Notes under the pieces: model-generated
Database searches by the model: none
What the model was told of the DNA's origin: nothing
What the model saw: the letters and a program-made list of their open reading frames with translations, nothing else
Made by a program: the position numbers and the translations under genes
From: an uncultured Candidatus Cloacimonadota bacterium
GTDB lineage: Bacteria; Cloacimonadota; Cloacimonadia; Cloacimonadales; Cloacimonadaceae
Direction: 5' to 3'
DNA length: 58,213 bases
Assembly (NCBI GenBank): GCA_964427765.1
Contig: CAYRVG010000140.1
Location: 1 to 58,213, forward strand
In this document: positions 49,982 through 58,213 of the stretch, in pieces
How the letters are laid out: each line of letters opens with the position of its first letter
Numbering within the stretch: the first letter of the stretch is position 1

Positions 49982-50506
49982 ATGAAAAAGAAAGTGACCT
50001 CAGTTACATTGATCCTCATCGCGTCTATTTTCAGCATCTCAATCCTCAACGCCAATATTCTCAACATAGGTAAGGTCTATTGTGGAGACAGGATCGAGAT
50101 CAAAGGATGGGAAACAGTCCGCCTGACCGGCATTAAGGCACCACGTCTGGATGAGCCTATGGGCAAGGAAGCATTTGAATTCACCAAAAAAGAACTGGAG
50201 GGTAAGTTGGTGGAAATCTACACATTCACAACAGACAATACGGAAGAAGGTATTGTAAGGGATAAGGAAGGTTTGGCACGGGTTCTCGTCAGATACGGTG
50301 ACATAGGACACGAAAAGAAAGATACCTCTGATCAATCATTTGCAATATCTCCAGATTATGAGCAGCACCAAAGCGTGGATTTCAATGCCCTGATGTTGAT
50401 CAAGGGTCTGGCACGGGTGGATGAAGCCTTTCTACCAGAGTACCTTGATTACTACAAAGACCTGGAAGCTATTGCCAGACAGGAAAAAACTGGAATCTGG
50501 AAATAG
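49982..50506 (+). CDS. Secreted thermonuclease (SNase)-fold protein, probably inactive
   Basis: GDRI..VRLTGIKAP, GKEA, NALMLIKGLA and ARQEKTGIW; TTGACA at 49881; AAGGAG RBS. Confidence 0.85.
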   Translation: MKKKVTSVTLILIASIFSISILNANILNIGKVYCGDRIEIKGWETVRLTGIKAPRLDEPMGKEAFEFTKKELEGKLVEIYTFTTDNTEEGIVRDKEGLARVLVRYGDIGHEKKDTSDQSFAISPDYEQHQSVDFNALMLIKGLARVDEAFLPEYLDYYKDLEAIARQEKTGIWK

Positions 50507-50666
50507 CTCTTTTTCAAACTTAGCCAAACATAAAGCTCAATCAACATCTGTAGCTTAAATAAGTGAAATAGCGGAACGACCTTTGATAGTTACTGCCACG
50601 TTAAATCGGATTCCCGGCAGGACATTGCCCTTACTGGAAAGCTGCAACGATCCTAGCTTCAGATAT

Positions 50667-53600
50667 TTAATGTAATTCTGGATCTTGTCTGCCTCTTTCC
50701 CCTTGGAGTTTTTTTAGAGCCATCAGAATGGGTTTGGTCCGGGGATGTGTTTTCCCAAAGGACCTGGAGTAAACTGCCAGGGCTTTTTTATAATATACTT
50801 CGGCTTCCTGATGATCACCTTTGGCCAAGTACAGGTCGCCCAGCCTTTTTACATAAAGTCCCGAGGATACGTGTTCGGGGCCCCGATGTTGGTTTGCTAT
50901 CTTAAGAGCCCTGTTGAGCAGAGGTTCCGCATCATCGAGCCTGCCGGACTCGATGTACATTTTCCCCAGATTCCCCGCGCATACAGCGGTGAACCAGAAA
51001 TCCGGCGGATAGTTTCGATCCACAATATCCAGAGCTTCGCGGAACATTTCGATCGCCTTGTCCCACTCGTTCATTAGCGAGTAAAGGTGCCCGATGTTAT
51101 TTATCCTGTCCGCGACGTTGGATGACCCCGGGGATAGCTTTTTCTCGATTTCCAGTGATCTTCGCAGGTATTCCTCGCCCTGCCTGAATCTCCCCGTATC
51201 CTTGTAAAATCTGCCCAGATTGTTTACATAGGGGCTGAGCTTTGGGCTATCCTCCCCAAATTCCTTCTCGGCCAGGCGAAGCACCTCGTGATAGAGGGGT
51301 TCGGCCTCCTCCATACGCAGGAGGTAGTGGTAAAGGATGGCAAGATGGAAAAGCATCTCGCCATACACCATGTTTTCCTTGCCCGTGGCCTCTTCGCAGA
51401 GCGCGATAGCTTTTGTCATGTTGGGCACAGATCTTTCCAGATACATCTGGTTCCAATTATAGTTGCTGGCCATATCATAGTATTGCGCGGCCTTATACAA
51501 CTGGCCGGCCTTCTCGAAATGCAGGGCGATCTCTTCCGCCTGTGGGTCAAGCTTCAATTCATAAACCCTTTCCATCGCTTCGGCGGCCGCAAGATGCAGC
51601 TTCTGCAACTTATCGCTCACCATCCTCTCGTATATTGCGTCCCGAATCAGCCAATGTGAAAAAATGAAATACACTTCATCCAGATCTTTCCAGATGCGGT
51701 TTTGAATTCCATTCTCCAGGTCCCCGCGCGGATCGGAATTCAGCATCCCGGAAAGCACTTTGATGTTGAATTTCATTCCCAACACACTGGCATTCTCCAC
51801 ACATTCTCGCACTTTCTGCGTGAGCCTGTCAATGCGGCTGATGATTATTTCGTTCAGTCTTAACAACCTGTGGGAAAATGGCTCGATATCCGGATCGAAG
51901 AGAAATTCGCCGCGGGCATTGATCTTTTTGTTTTCCAAGACCCAGGAAATGAACTGCTCTATATAAAAAGGATTGCCGCTGCTTCGCTGTTTGATGATCT
52001 TTAGGGTTGGCGGCGGAAGTTTTGCAAGCCTGAGCAGGGATTTCATCAGCTTGACGCGTTCAGGCATGGCCAGGGGTTTCAGTTCCATCCGGTGGGTTGT
52101 AAAATCCTCAAGTTCAAGATCCGGCTTTGCGCCGTCCTCAAGATAGCGCGAGGTGGCGACAATGCAGAGGCCCCTGATTTTTTCCCATTTCAGGGCCTGG
52201 AGAAATCTGCGGGTCTGGGGATCGATCCACTGGATGTCGTCAAGGTGGATCAGCAGGGGCTTTTTTTTCGCCATTTTGGCGACCATCAGCTGCCATGCCT
52301 TGATCATTTCAGACAAACGCACCACCGAAGCCAGAATATCCCAGTATGATCCTTCCCAAAAATATCCCAGCAAAGCGCCTATGAGCGACTCTGTCTGAAC
52401 CAGTTTTTTATCCTTTCCCGCCCAGGCCTTCCATTGCCCGCGGAATTCCTCCACCGCTTTTTCATCTGTATTTGTGATGTTGATCCCAAGCAAGCTGCAG
52501 ATCAACTGCTTGACCGGCTCCAAGGTCTTGGTGGGGAGCATGTCGCAATAAAGCCTGTATTTTGTGCATTCGTCAGCAGAAAATGATCTAACCAGCTCAC
52601 TTACCAGCCTGGTTTTGCCAATGCCGGCTTCACCATAAATATACATGATGCTTTTATCCCGCCCACTTAGCGAGTGTTTGATCCATTCCTGCAAACGTTG
52701 CTTCTCCGGTTTCCGGCCCACAAAGCTGCCCCGATCTCCCGTGAAATCACGTGAAAAAGCCTCCGCAAGCTTGAAATACCGGACTGGTGCACTGATCCCC
52801 TTCAGCTTCGTTGTACCGCGGGACACAAAAACATAATCATTTCCCAGTTCCTTCTTAAAGATGGCTTCAGTGAGGATCTCCCCGGGCCGCGCCCGGGAGG
52901 CCAAACGGGCGGCAAGGTTCATGGTGGAGCCCAGAGCCGTGTATTCGCTCAGATGCGGACCTTTGACATAAATCGCCAGAACATTGCCGAATGAGATCCC
53001 CAAGCTCGCCCGCGGAAGTGTCTTCACAACCTTGAGCGCAAAACGGCAGGCCCGTTGCATCGAATTTCCCTCAGTCCGGGGCATGCCATAGAGAACCACT
53101 GCCTGGAACACCGATCCTGTATTGACCAGATTGTTCACATATCCACCGTAGGTCACAGCAAGAACCTCAAGGGTTTGCAGGGTTTTCCCCAATTCAGTTT
53201 CCGGTCTGGTCTCGATATTGACGAAACAGCAAGTAACCGGACGGATCTCGGTTTCGGGTTCGACGTCAAGCAGATTGCTGTTGACGAAGGATCTTGCCGT
53301 CTCAAGCTTGAATTCTCGATCAGGTCTGCAGGCGGGAAGATCGAAGGTTTTGCAAATGGGCTCGTAATCTTGGCCGGTTTTGTGGAAAAACTGCATTCCC
53401 ACCTTTTCCGCCGAATATTCACAAAATACCAGTTCACGGTCTTTCTGGCTCAATTTGTGGACTTTATCCAAAACAGCGCCCTGGAAAACATATTCATTCT
53501 TCAATTCCGCCGAATATATCTTCCAGTTCAGGCTGCCGTAACAAACGCTTTGTCTGGCCTTTGTCCTCAATTCACCAAAGGGGAAGGAAAATACGCCTTT

Positions 53601-53921
53601 CTCCCGCATATGCTCACGGTTGGCAAGGGTGGCTGCCAATACATGCCTGGCATCTTCAACTGGAAATATCGCGTAGAATGCGTCACCGGCATAGCAAAAA
53701 ATAAATCCACAGTGGTTTTCCAAATTCTGCAGCGTCACTCTCATCAGGGATTCCATTACCGTCCCGACAGCCTCCGCGCCGGATTTGCCAACTTTCTGAA
53801 GTTCACTGCAGGTACGCGTGAATCCGATCAGATCAAAGTGCAGAATAAAACCGGTGATTTCCCCCTGCATTATACCCCGTTCATAGTTTTGCAGGATAAA
53901 TGCCGGTATGTAGCGGATCAT
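50667..53921 (-). CDS. Class III nucleotidyl cyclase (tandem domains) - STAND ATPase - TPR protein (sAC-like)
   Basis: FDLIGFT, AGDA, EYTALG..NLAARL, KLKGI; GEAGIGKTRL, LDDIQW, GNPFYIEQ; C-terminal TPRs. Confidence 0.9.
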   Translation of the reverse strand: MIRYIPAFILQNYERGIMQGEITGFILHFDLIGFTRTCSELQKVGKSGAEAVGTVMESLMRVTLQNLENHCGFIFCYAGDAFYAIFPVEDARHVLAATLANREHMREKGVFSFPFGELRTKARQSVCYGSLNWKIYSAELKNEYVFQGAVLDKVHKLSQKDRELVFCEYSAEKVGMQFFHKTGQDYEPICKTFDLPACRPDREFKLETARSFVNSNLLDVEPETEIRPVTCCFVNIETRPETELGKTLQTLEVLAVTYGGYVNNLVNTGSVFQAVVLYGMPRTEGNSMQRACRFALKVVKTLPRASLGISFGNVLAIYVKGPHLSEYTALGSTMNLAARLASRARPGEILTEAIFKKELGNDYVFVSRGTTKLKGISAPVRYFKLAEAFSRDFTGDRGSFVGRKPEKQRLQEWIKHSLSGRDKSIMYIYGEAGIGKTRLVSELVRSFSADECTKYRLYCDMLPTKTLEPVKQLICSLLGINITNTDEKAVEEFRGQWKAWAGKDKKLVQTESLIGALLGYFWEGSYWDILASVVRLSEMIKAWQLMVAKMAKKKPLLIHLDDIQWIDPQTRRFLQALKWEKIRGLCIVATSRYLEDGAKPDLELEDFTTHRMELKPLAMPERVKLMKSLLRLAKLPPPTLKIIKQRSSGNPFYIEQFISWVLENKKINARGEFLFDPDIEPFSHRLLRLNEIIISRIDRLTQKVRECVENASVLGMKFNIKVLSGMLNSDPRGDLENGIQNRIWKDLDEVYFIFSHWLIRDAIYERMVSDKLQKLHLAAAEAMERVYELKLDPQAEEIALHFEKAGQLYKAAQYYDMASNYNWNQMYLERSVPNMTKAIALCEEATGKENMVYGEMLFHLAILYHYLLRMEEAEPLYHEVLRLAEKEFGEDSPKLSPYVNNLGRFYKDTGRFRQGEEYLRRSLEIEKKLSPGSSNVADRINNIGHLYSLMNEWDKAIEMFREALDIVDRNYPPDFWFTAVCAGNLGKMYIESGRLDDAEPLLNRALKIANQHRGPEHVSSGLYVKRLGDLYLAKGDHQEAEVYYKKALAVYSRSFGKTHPRTKPILMALKKLQGERGRQDPELH

Positions 53922-54406
53922 AATGTCCCGCCCAAGTGTGTCAGCCGGTGTGTTGACCTTTTCAAATTAGCTACCTTTTCCAGCTTGTTAAATGTTGGCT
54001 TCGCGTTGGTCCGCTGCAGTTAATTTCTAACCTAGTGAATGAATGTAAATTTACCAAGTACTGATCTGCATAAACAACTTTTCAAAAATTATTTTATAAT
54101 ATATTGTCCAAACACGTCAAGTTTTTTTTTGAACCGCCAATGTCGTACAAGTGTCTATTCCAAATCCGGTGTCCATCCACATTGGCGGGGATATTGCACG
54201 CACAAAGGGATGATGGCACACAAAATTGATTGTACCTCACTATCCTGATCACGATTTTGTTTTCGGGGAAGACCCTCTTTCTTGCCTGCCTTTTATGGCA
54301 AAAATCAATACTACGCTCTTGACATCTTAGGCCTGGGAATTTGATTTGGTAAAATTGAATCACCGGTCATTGTTTTAGATTCCTTGATCCGAAGTAAGGG
54401 AGGATT

Positions 54407-55135
54407 ATGCAAAAGGAACAGGATTGGGAGCTTCAAAGCCATCCTTATGAGCCGTACATACCTGAAAATGCCGCGGCGCTGATCCTGGGCAGCGCGCCTC
54501 CCTGGCGCTTTTGCGTCCGGGAGCCGAAACCGCTTAAAGCCCTCGATGTCGATTATTACTACGGCAGCCATAACAGGGGCTACAACCTGCTGTGGGAATT
54601 GCTGTTCCGGGTCTTCGAACCCTCAGGGCTGGAGGAACTTGATGGGATCCGCAAGCTGCAAAAACCCCGGCCCCAAAGGAGCAAACTGCAGATACAATTT
54701 TTCCGGGTATTTCTCCGAAGCCATTCTCTGGGGATGGCGGACATCTTGCTAAAGTTTTCCCGCAGGGACCGCAGCGCCGCCGACGGCAAACTCAAAGCCC
54801 TGGAATTCACCGCACTCCTGGGCATACTGGAAAAACATCCTGGAATGCGCAGCATTTTCTGCACCAGCCAAAACAGGGTCTTCCTCTGGCTGGAGCATTA
54901 TCTTGCCTTAAATGGCGTCAAAATGGAGTCAGGTGCTGGCAAAACGCTGTTTTTCACACTCCCCGCCCTGCCCGGAACAGATCATTCCCCGCGCAGGATC
55001 AATGTGCTCGTGCTTCCGTCGCCTTCACCTGTGGGCAGGATCAGGTTCCCCAGCCACCAGGCTTTCGTTGCGCACCTCACAGAAGTCTACGCAAGAATGT
55101 TCGGCGCTGAAAGGGATTCCCACCCAGGGATCTGA
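54407..55135 (+). CDS. Uracil-DNA glycosylase superfamily protein
   Basis: HPYEP..LILGSAPP, YYYGS..NLLW and LPSPSP motifs; TTGACA and TGGTAAAAT upstream. Confidence 0.75.
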   Translation: MQKEQDWELQSHPYEPYIPENAAALILGSAPPWRFCVREPKPLKALDVDYYYGSHNRGYNLLWELLFRVFEPSGLEELDGIRKLQKPRPQRSKLQIQFFRVFLRSHSLGMADILLKFSRRDRSAADGKLKALEFTALLGILEKHPGMRSIFCTSQNRVFLWLEHYLALNGVKMESGAGKTLFFTLPALPGTDHSPRRINVLVLPSPSPVGRIRFPSHQAFVAHLTEVYARMFGAERDSHPGI

Positions 55136-55180
55136 TATTGCTGGATCTGCCACCTAAAAGATCTCTTTGGAGAAACAGGA

Positions 55181-57726
55181 TCATTTCAGCAGGATCATCC
55201 TGCTCCCGCCGGTGTAATCCCCCGCCTTCATCCTCAGATGGTAAACTCCGCTGGAAACAGGGCTGCCGGCGTTGTCCCTACCATCCCAGACAACTGAATG
55301 GAAACCGGATTCCCTGGCTTCATTGAGCAGGTTTGTGACCAACTCCCCCTTCAGGTTGTAGATGCGGATGTCCACCCGGGCAGGGATTTTCAGGCTATAG
55401 CGGATGGTGGTCTGGGGATTGAAGGGATTCGGATGGTTTCCCAGCAGCTCAGTCACGGTGGCGGGAACTGAATCTTCACCGATCCCCACCGCGTCCAGGA
55501 CGAAATTGACCGTTGTCGTCTGTCCCGTGAGCACCACGACGCTGTCCCGGGTAACCGGAGCATAATCCGGATGGCTGGCGGTCACGCTGTAGGTCCCCGT
55601 TTCGAGTTGCATCGTGTAAGCCCCGTTGGCATTGGTTTGGGTGGAGTTATCCCCGCAGGTGATCGTGGCATTCATGATCGGCATGTTTTCCGTATCGCGC
55701 ACGATCCCGGCGATCGAGCCGATCTGGGTTATGTTGAACAGGACATTGGAGAATACCGGTTCTGAGAGGACACCGCCGGTATAGACTGCCTTCACCGCCC
55801 AAAGGTAATTCCCGTCGGGAATGTCGTCCCAATCATCATCCTGGAGCGTTGTTTGGGTGACAGGTTCGGGGGTCAGGCAAACCCAGGCGGCCTCGTTTGT
55901 CTCCTGGCCCTGCAGCAGGCGCCAGACGTCATAACCCTCCAGGGCACGGTTGCCAGGATCATTCACGGATACCCGCACCAGGGAGATTGGCGTCAGGGCG
56001 GGTGGGCCGTCCGGGGGTGTGAGGCCGGCGTAGCCCTGGATGTTCCAGTTGAAATCGCAATACGCGTTAACGTCCAGCAAAGTCGTCCAGCTGCCCTGCC
56101 AGTAGATCATGTTGCCAAATCCGTCCACGGCCGGGCCGTAGTCCATTCCCGCATAGGCGGGATTGACGCCGGTCACGTCGCAAAGAAAACCAAACCAGAG
56201 TTCCTCGGTGGCGGTCACGGGAACCGGGTTATCCAGCATGACAAGGTTGTAGGAATTAAGCACGGGGATTATGGGCTGGTCCACCACCATCTGCGCTGGG
56301 GCGGAGGCATCCCCGCCTGTCCAGACCCGCACGGAGAAGTTACCTCCCTGGGCGGGCCAGATCCTCACCGCCTGCAGGCTGCCGCCGGCGTAATCAGTCA
56401 AAGCGTCCGGAGGATAGCGGATCGCCACGTCAAAGCTGAGTGATCCGGCTGTCCCGAACGAGGTGTTGTTCTCCCCGCTGTCATAATGCAGCCAGCCTTC
56501 CTCCGCCAGATTGGGCTCTTCCCAGTCAAGGGAAACATAACTGCAATCATCGGCTTCGGTGGCAACGGCATTTTGTGGCGGATAGGCAATTTCATCCAGG
56601 ACGATATCTCCCATGTCAATATCCGCATTGCCGATCGTCACTTCAGAATCCAGGACCTGGTAGCCGGAGGCGCTCGCGGTATAGGAATAGGTCTGGTTCG
56701 CGTAAACCTCCGCAATGCTGAAATTTCCCTGCGCATCAGTGCTGGCAGCGTAATCCGCGTAGCCCGTGAAGCTGATGCTCGCTCCATCGATGCCGATTCC
56801 GGGAGCGTCGCTTCCGACAATCCTGCCAGTGACGGTCACCTGAACCAGCTGGGGCAGCTCAAAATCCTGGGTCGTGTTCTGGTCGGCGCGCTTATGCTCA
56901 CGTTATGGGATACTGCCGCATAACCTGTTTTTGCCGCGCTGACAGCATAATTTCCGGCAGGAACATAAGGAAAGCTGTAATTCCCGTCAGCCCCGGTCGT
57001 TGCGCAATAATAGGTATCCTCGATGCTCACTGTCGCCCCTTCAAGGGGAACGCCGGATGAGGAAACATACCCGGACAGCGATCCCATCCCCGAAACATCC
57101 ACGGTGAAGGTTGTCTTGGGGAACTGGCCCGTGACGCCTGTGGTGGGCGGATTGTCCGGATTTATCTGGGTGTTGTCATTGAAAGTGGTCAGGGAACGGT
57201 TCGTACCGACGGTTTGGGCGTAAAACAGTTCCATTGAGGTATAGTAGTCATTTTCCCAGGGCCGGAAGACCATCATCACCAGATTTCCCCCGTGATAGGT
57301 GAAGGGATTTGTGAGAGGGATCGTGATCTCATTCTGCCCGGCGGGGTAATCCACATCCCCCCAGAAAACCTCTGTGAGTTGGGAAGATGGGATCCAACCA
57401 CCCGTAAGGTCGAACAGGTTTGTCTGTCCAAGCCAGATCTGGGTCGGCTTGTCCGGCAGGTTGGTCATGAAATTGTTATAAAAGCGAATGTGCGTGATCT
57501 GGCCGGCAACATTCATCTCATTGGCCATGTAAATCGTCTCAAAAAGGCTGTTTCGGTAGTACATGTTGACCGGGATAAGCGCCTGCTGGTCACCGCTGCC
57601 GACCGTTATTTCCACAACCTCGGTTGGATGATAGTTCTGGCGAGGGTCCTGATGATCGTTAACGACCCCGGCATGCAAAAAACCAAACAGAGCTAACCCG
57701 ATGATGATCAGCTGATTTCTTTTCAT
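55181..57726 (-). pseudogene. Frameshifted secreted surface protein (carboxypeptidase-regulatory-like repeats, FN3, CTD); 847 aa if restored
   Basis: Removing one GC from (GC)3 at 56886-56891 joins 56836-57726 to 55181-56839 as ...VSISADQNTTQDFELPQLVQVTVTG...; the first part has the signal peptide and the second has the CTD. Confidence 0.85.
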
Positions 57727-57759
57727 AACTTGCTCCTTAAGGGATGATCTTCCCAGGTT

Positions 57760-57966
57760 TCAAAGGTCTCCTGGCCTTTTTCCAAATCGAGCGGGTAAAC
57801 CCGCCCTTATCCCTGACTGCCTGGCCACTGCCTGACCACGCGCTCAGTAAACGCCGAACCAGCGGGAACTCAGGCGGTGGTGGATGTGTTGTGGACGTTC
57901 CAAATCCCAGCGAGATATCACTTGAGATAGAAACGCTCGTATCCACCCAACGTGAAAAAGAGCCAT
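57760..57966 (-). CDS. Putative leader peptide (uORF copy B); 40 aa to an internal TGA, 68 aa with read-through
   Basis: AGGA RBS before ATG 57966; MALFHVGWIRAFLSQVISRWDLERPQHIHHRLSSRWFGVY*ARGQAVARQSGIRAGLPARFGKRPGDL*; homologous to 15341-15541. Confidence 0.5.
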
Positions 57967-58061
57967 TTTTTATTCCTATGTGTTTTTTCTATTTTCAGAC
58001 GATGGATGTTTTTGTAAAGTACTTTTTTGCAGAATGATCCCTTTTTATATCAATTTCAAAC

Positions 58062-58092
58062 AAAAAGCCCCGGGGCATCAAGCCCCGGGGCT
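58062..58092 (-). terminator. Rho-independent terminator
   Basis: AGCCCCGGGGC-N5-GCCCCGGGGCT followed by a T tract on the minus strand. Confidence 0.8.
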
Positions 58093-58117
58093 GGTTTATG
58101 GGTTTGTGTCCCGCGAA

Positions 58118-58213
58118 TTACTTCATCAGGATCATTTTCTTGGTGTTGCTGTACTTGCCGGCGTTCATCTTGAAGTAGTACACGCCGCTGGATACGGATG
58201 CGCCGTTGGCGTC
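58118..58213 (-). CDS. 3' end of another CTD-bearing secreted protein (partial)
   Basis: DANGASVSSGVYYFKMNAGKYSNTKKMILMK*. Confidence 0.85.
   Translation of the reverse strand, partial: DANGASVSSGVYYFKMNAGKYSNTKKMILMK

Noticed and set aside
49982-55135. Nuclease + cyclase-STAND + UDG-like genes as an anti-phage operon
   Set aside because: Orientations alternate, each gene has its own promoter, and the nuclease is secreted and appears inactive.
57737-57946. 69-aa ORF from the track as the conserved leader product
   Set aside because: The equivalent frame in copy A has three stops and non-synonymous changes; the adjacent frame is the conserved one.
57760-57950. Cobalamin riboswitch (GCCAGGAGACC) or T-box (GGGTGG) in leader B
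   Set aside because: The other core motifs (GGGAA/GCCACTG in the sense orientation; T-box stem I and ACC) are missing, and the B12-box-like word is absent from copy A.

Overview
This is a 58 kb chromosomal window from a diderm FCB-group anaerobe, most likely Cloacimonadota. That call is an inference from about 9 secreted proteins ending in the 'PNPFNP...KM(L/I)L(L/M)K' T9SS-type C-terminal domain. Region 1-20.7 kb is a beta-1,3/1,6-glucan (laminarin-type) utilisation locus: GH16 x3, GH17, GH30, two clan-A TIM-barrel GHs, CBM-only proteins and a GntR-LacI repressor. It has no SusC/SusD in view; instead it has a GH fused to a probable outer-membrane beta-barrel and an MFS permease carrying a soluble CBM-like insert. 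Its two divergent operons are driven by an inverted duplicate of one promoter-operator-RBS-signal-peptide cassette. Region 24.4-33.7 kb is a sigma54 module (enhancer sites plus -24/-12 promoter) whose histidine kinase and activator both look catalytically degenerate. Next come comM, an FGE/CLec pair, an FG-GAP protein, an EamA transporter, and a phoBR-sigma-porin-pstSCAB-phoU operon with an unexpected sigma factor. The right end holds a pseudo-thermonuclease, a cyclase-STAND-TPR protein, a UDG-like protein and a frameshifted secreted protein. The least explained signal is a pair of homologous, structured leader ORFs (15341-15541 and 57760-57966), each directly upstream of a CTD-secreted protein and showing codon-level conservation. 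No rRNA, tRNA, CRISPR array, integrase or transposase was seen.
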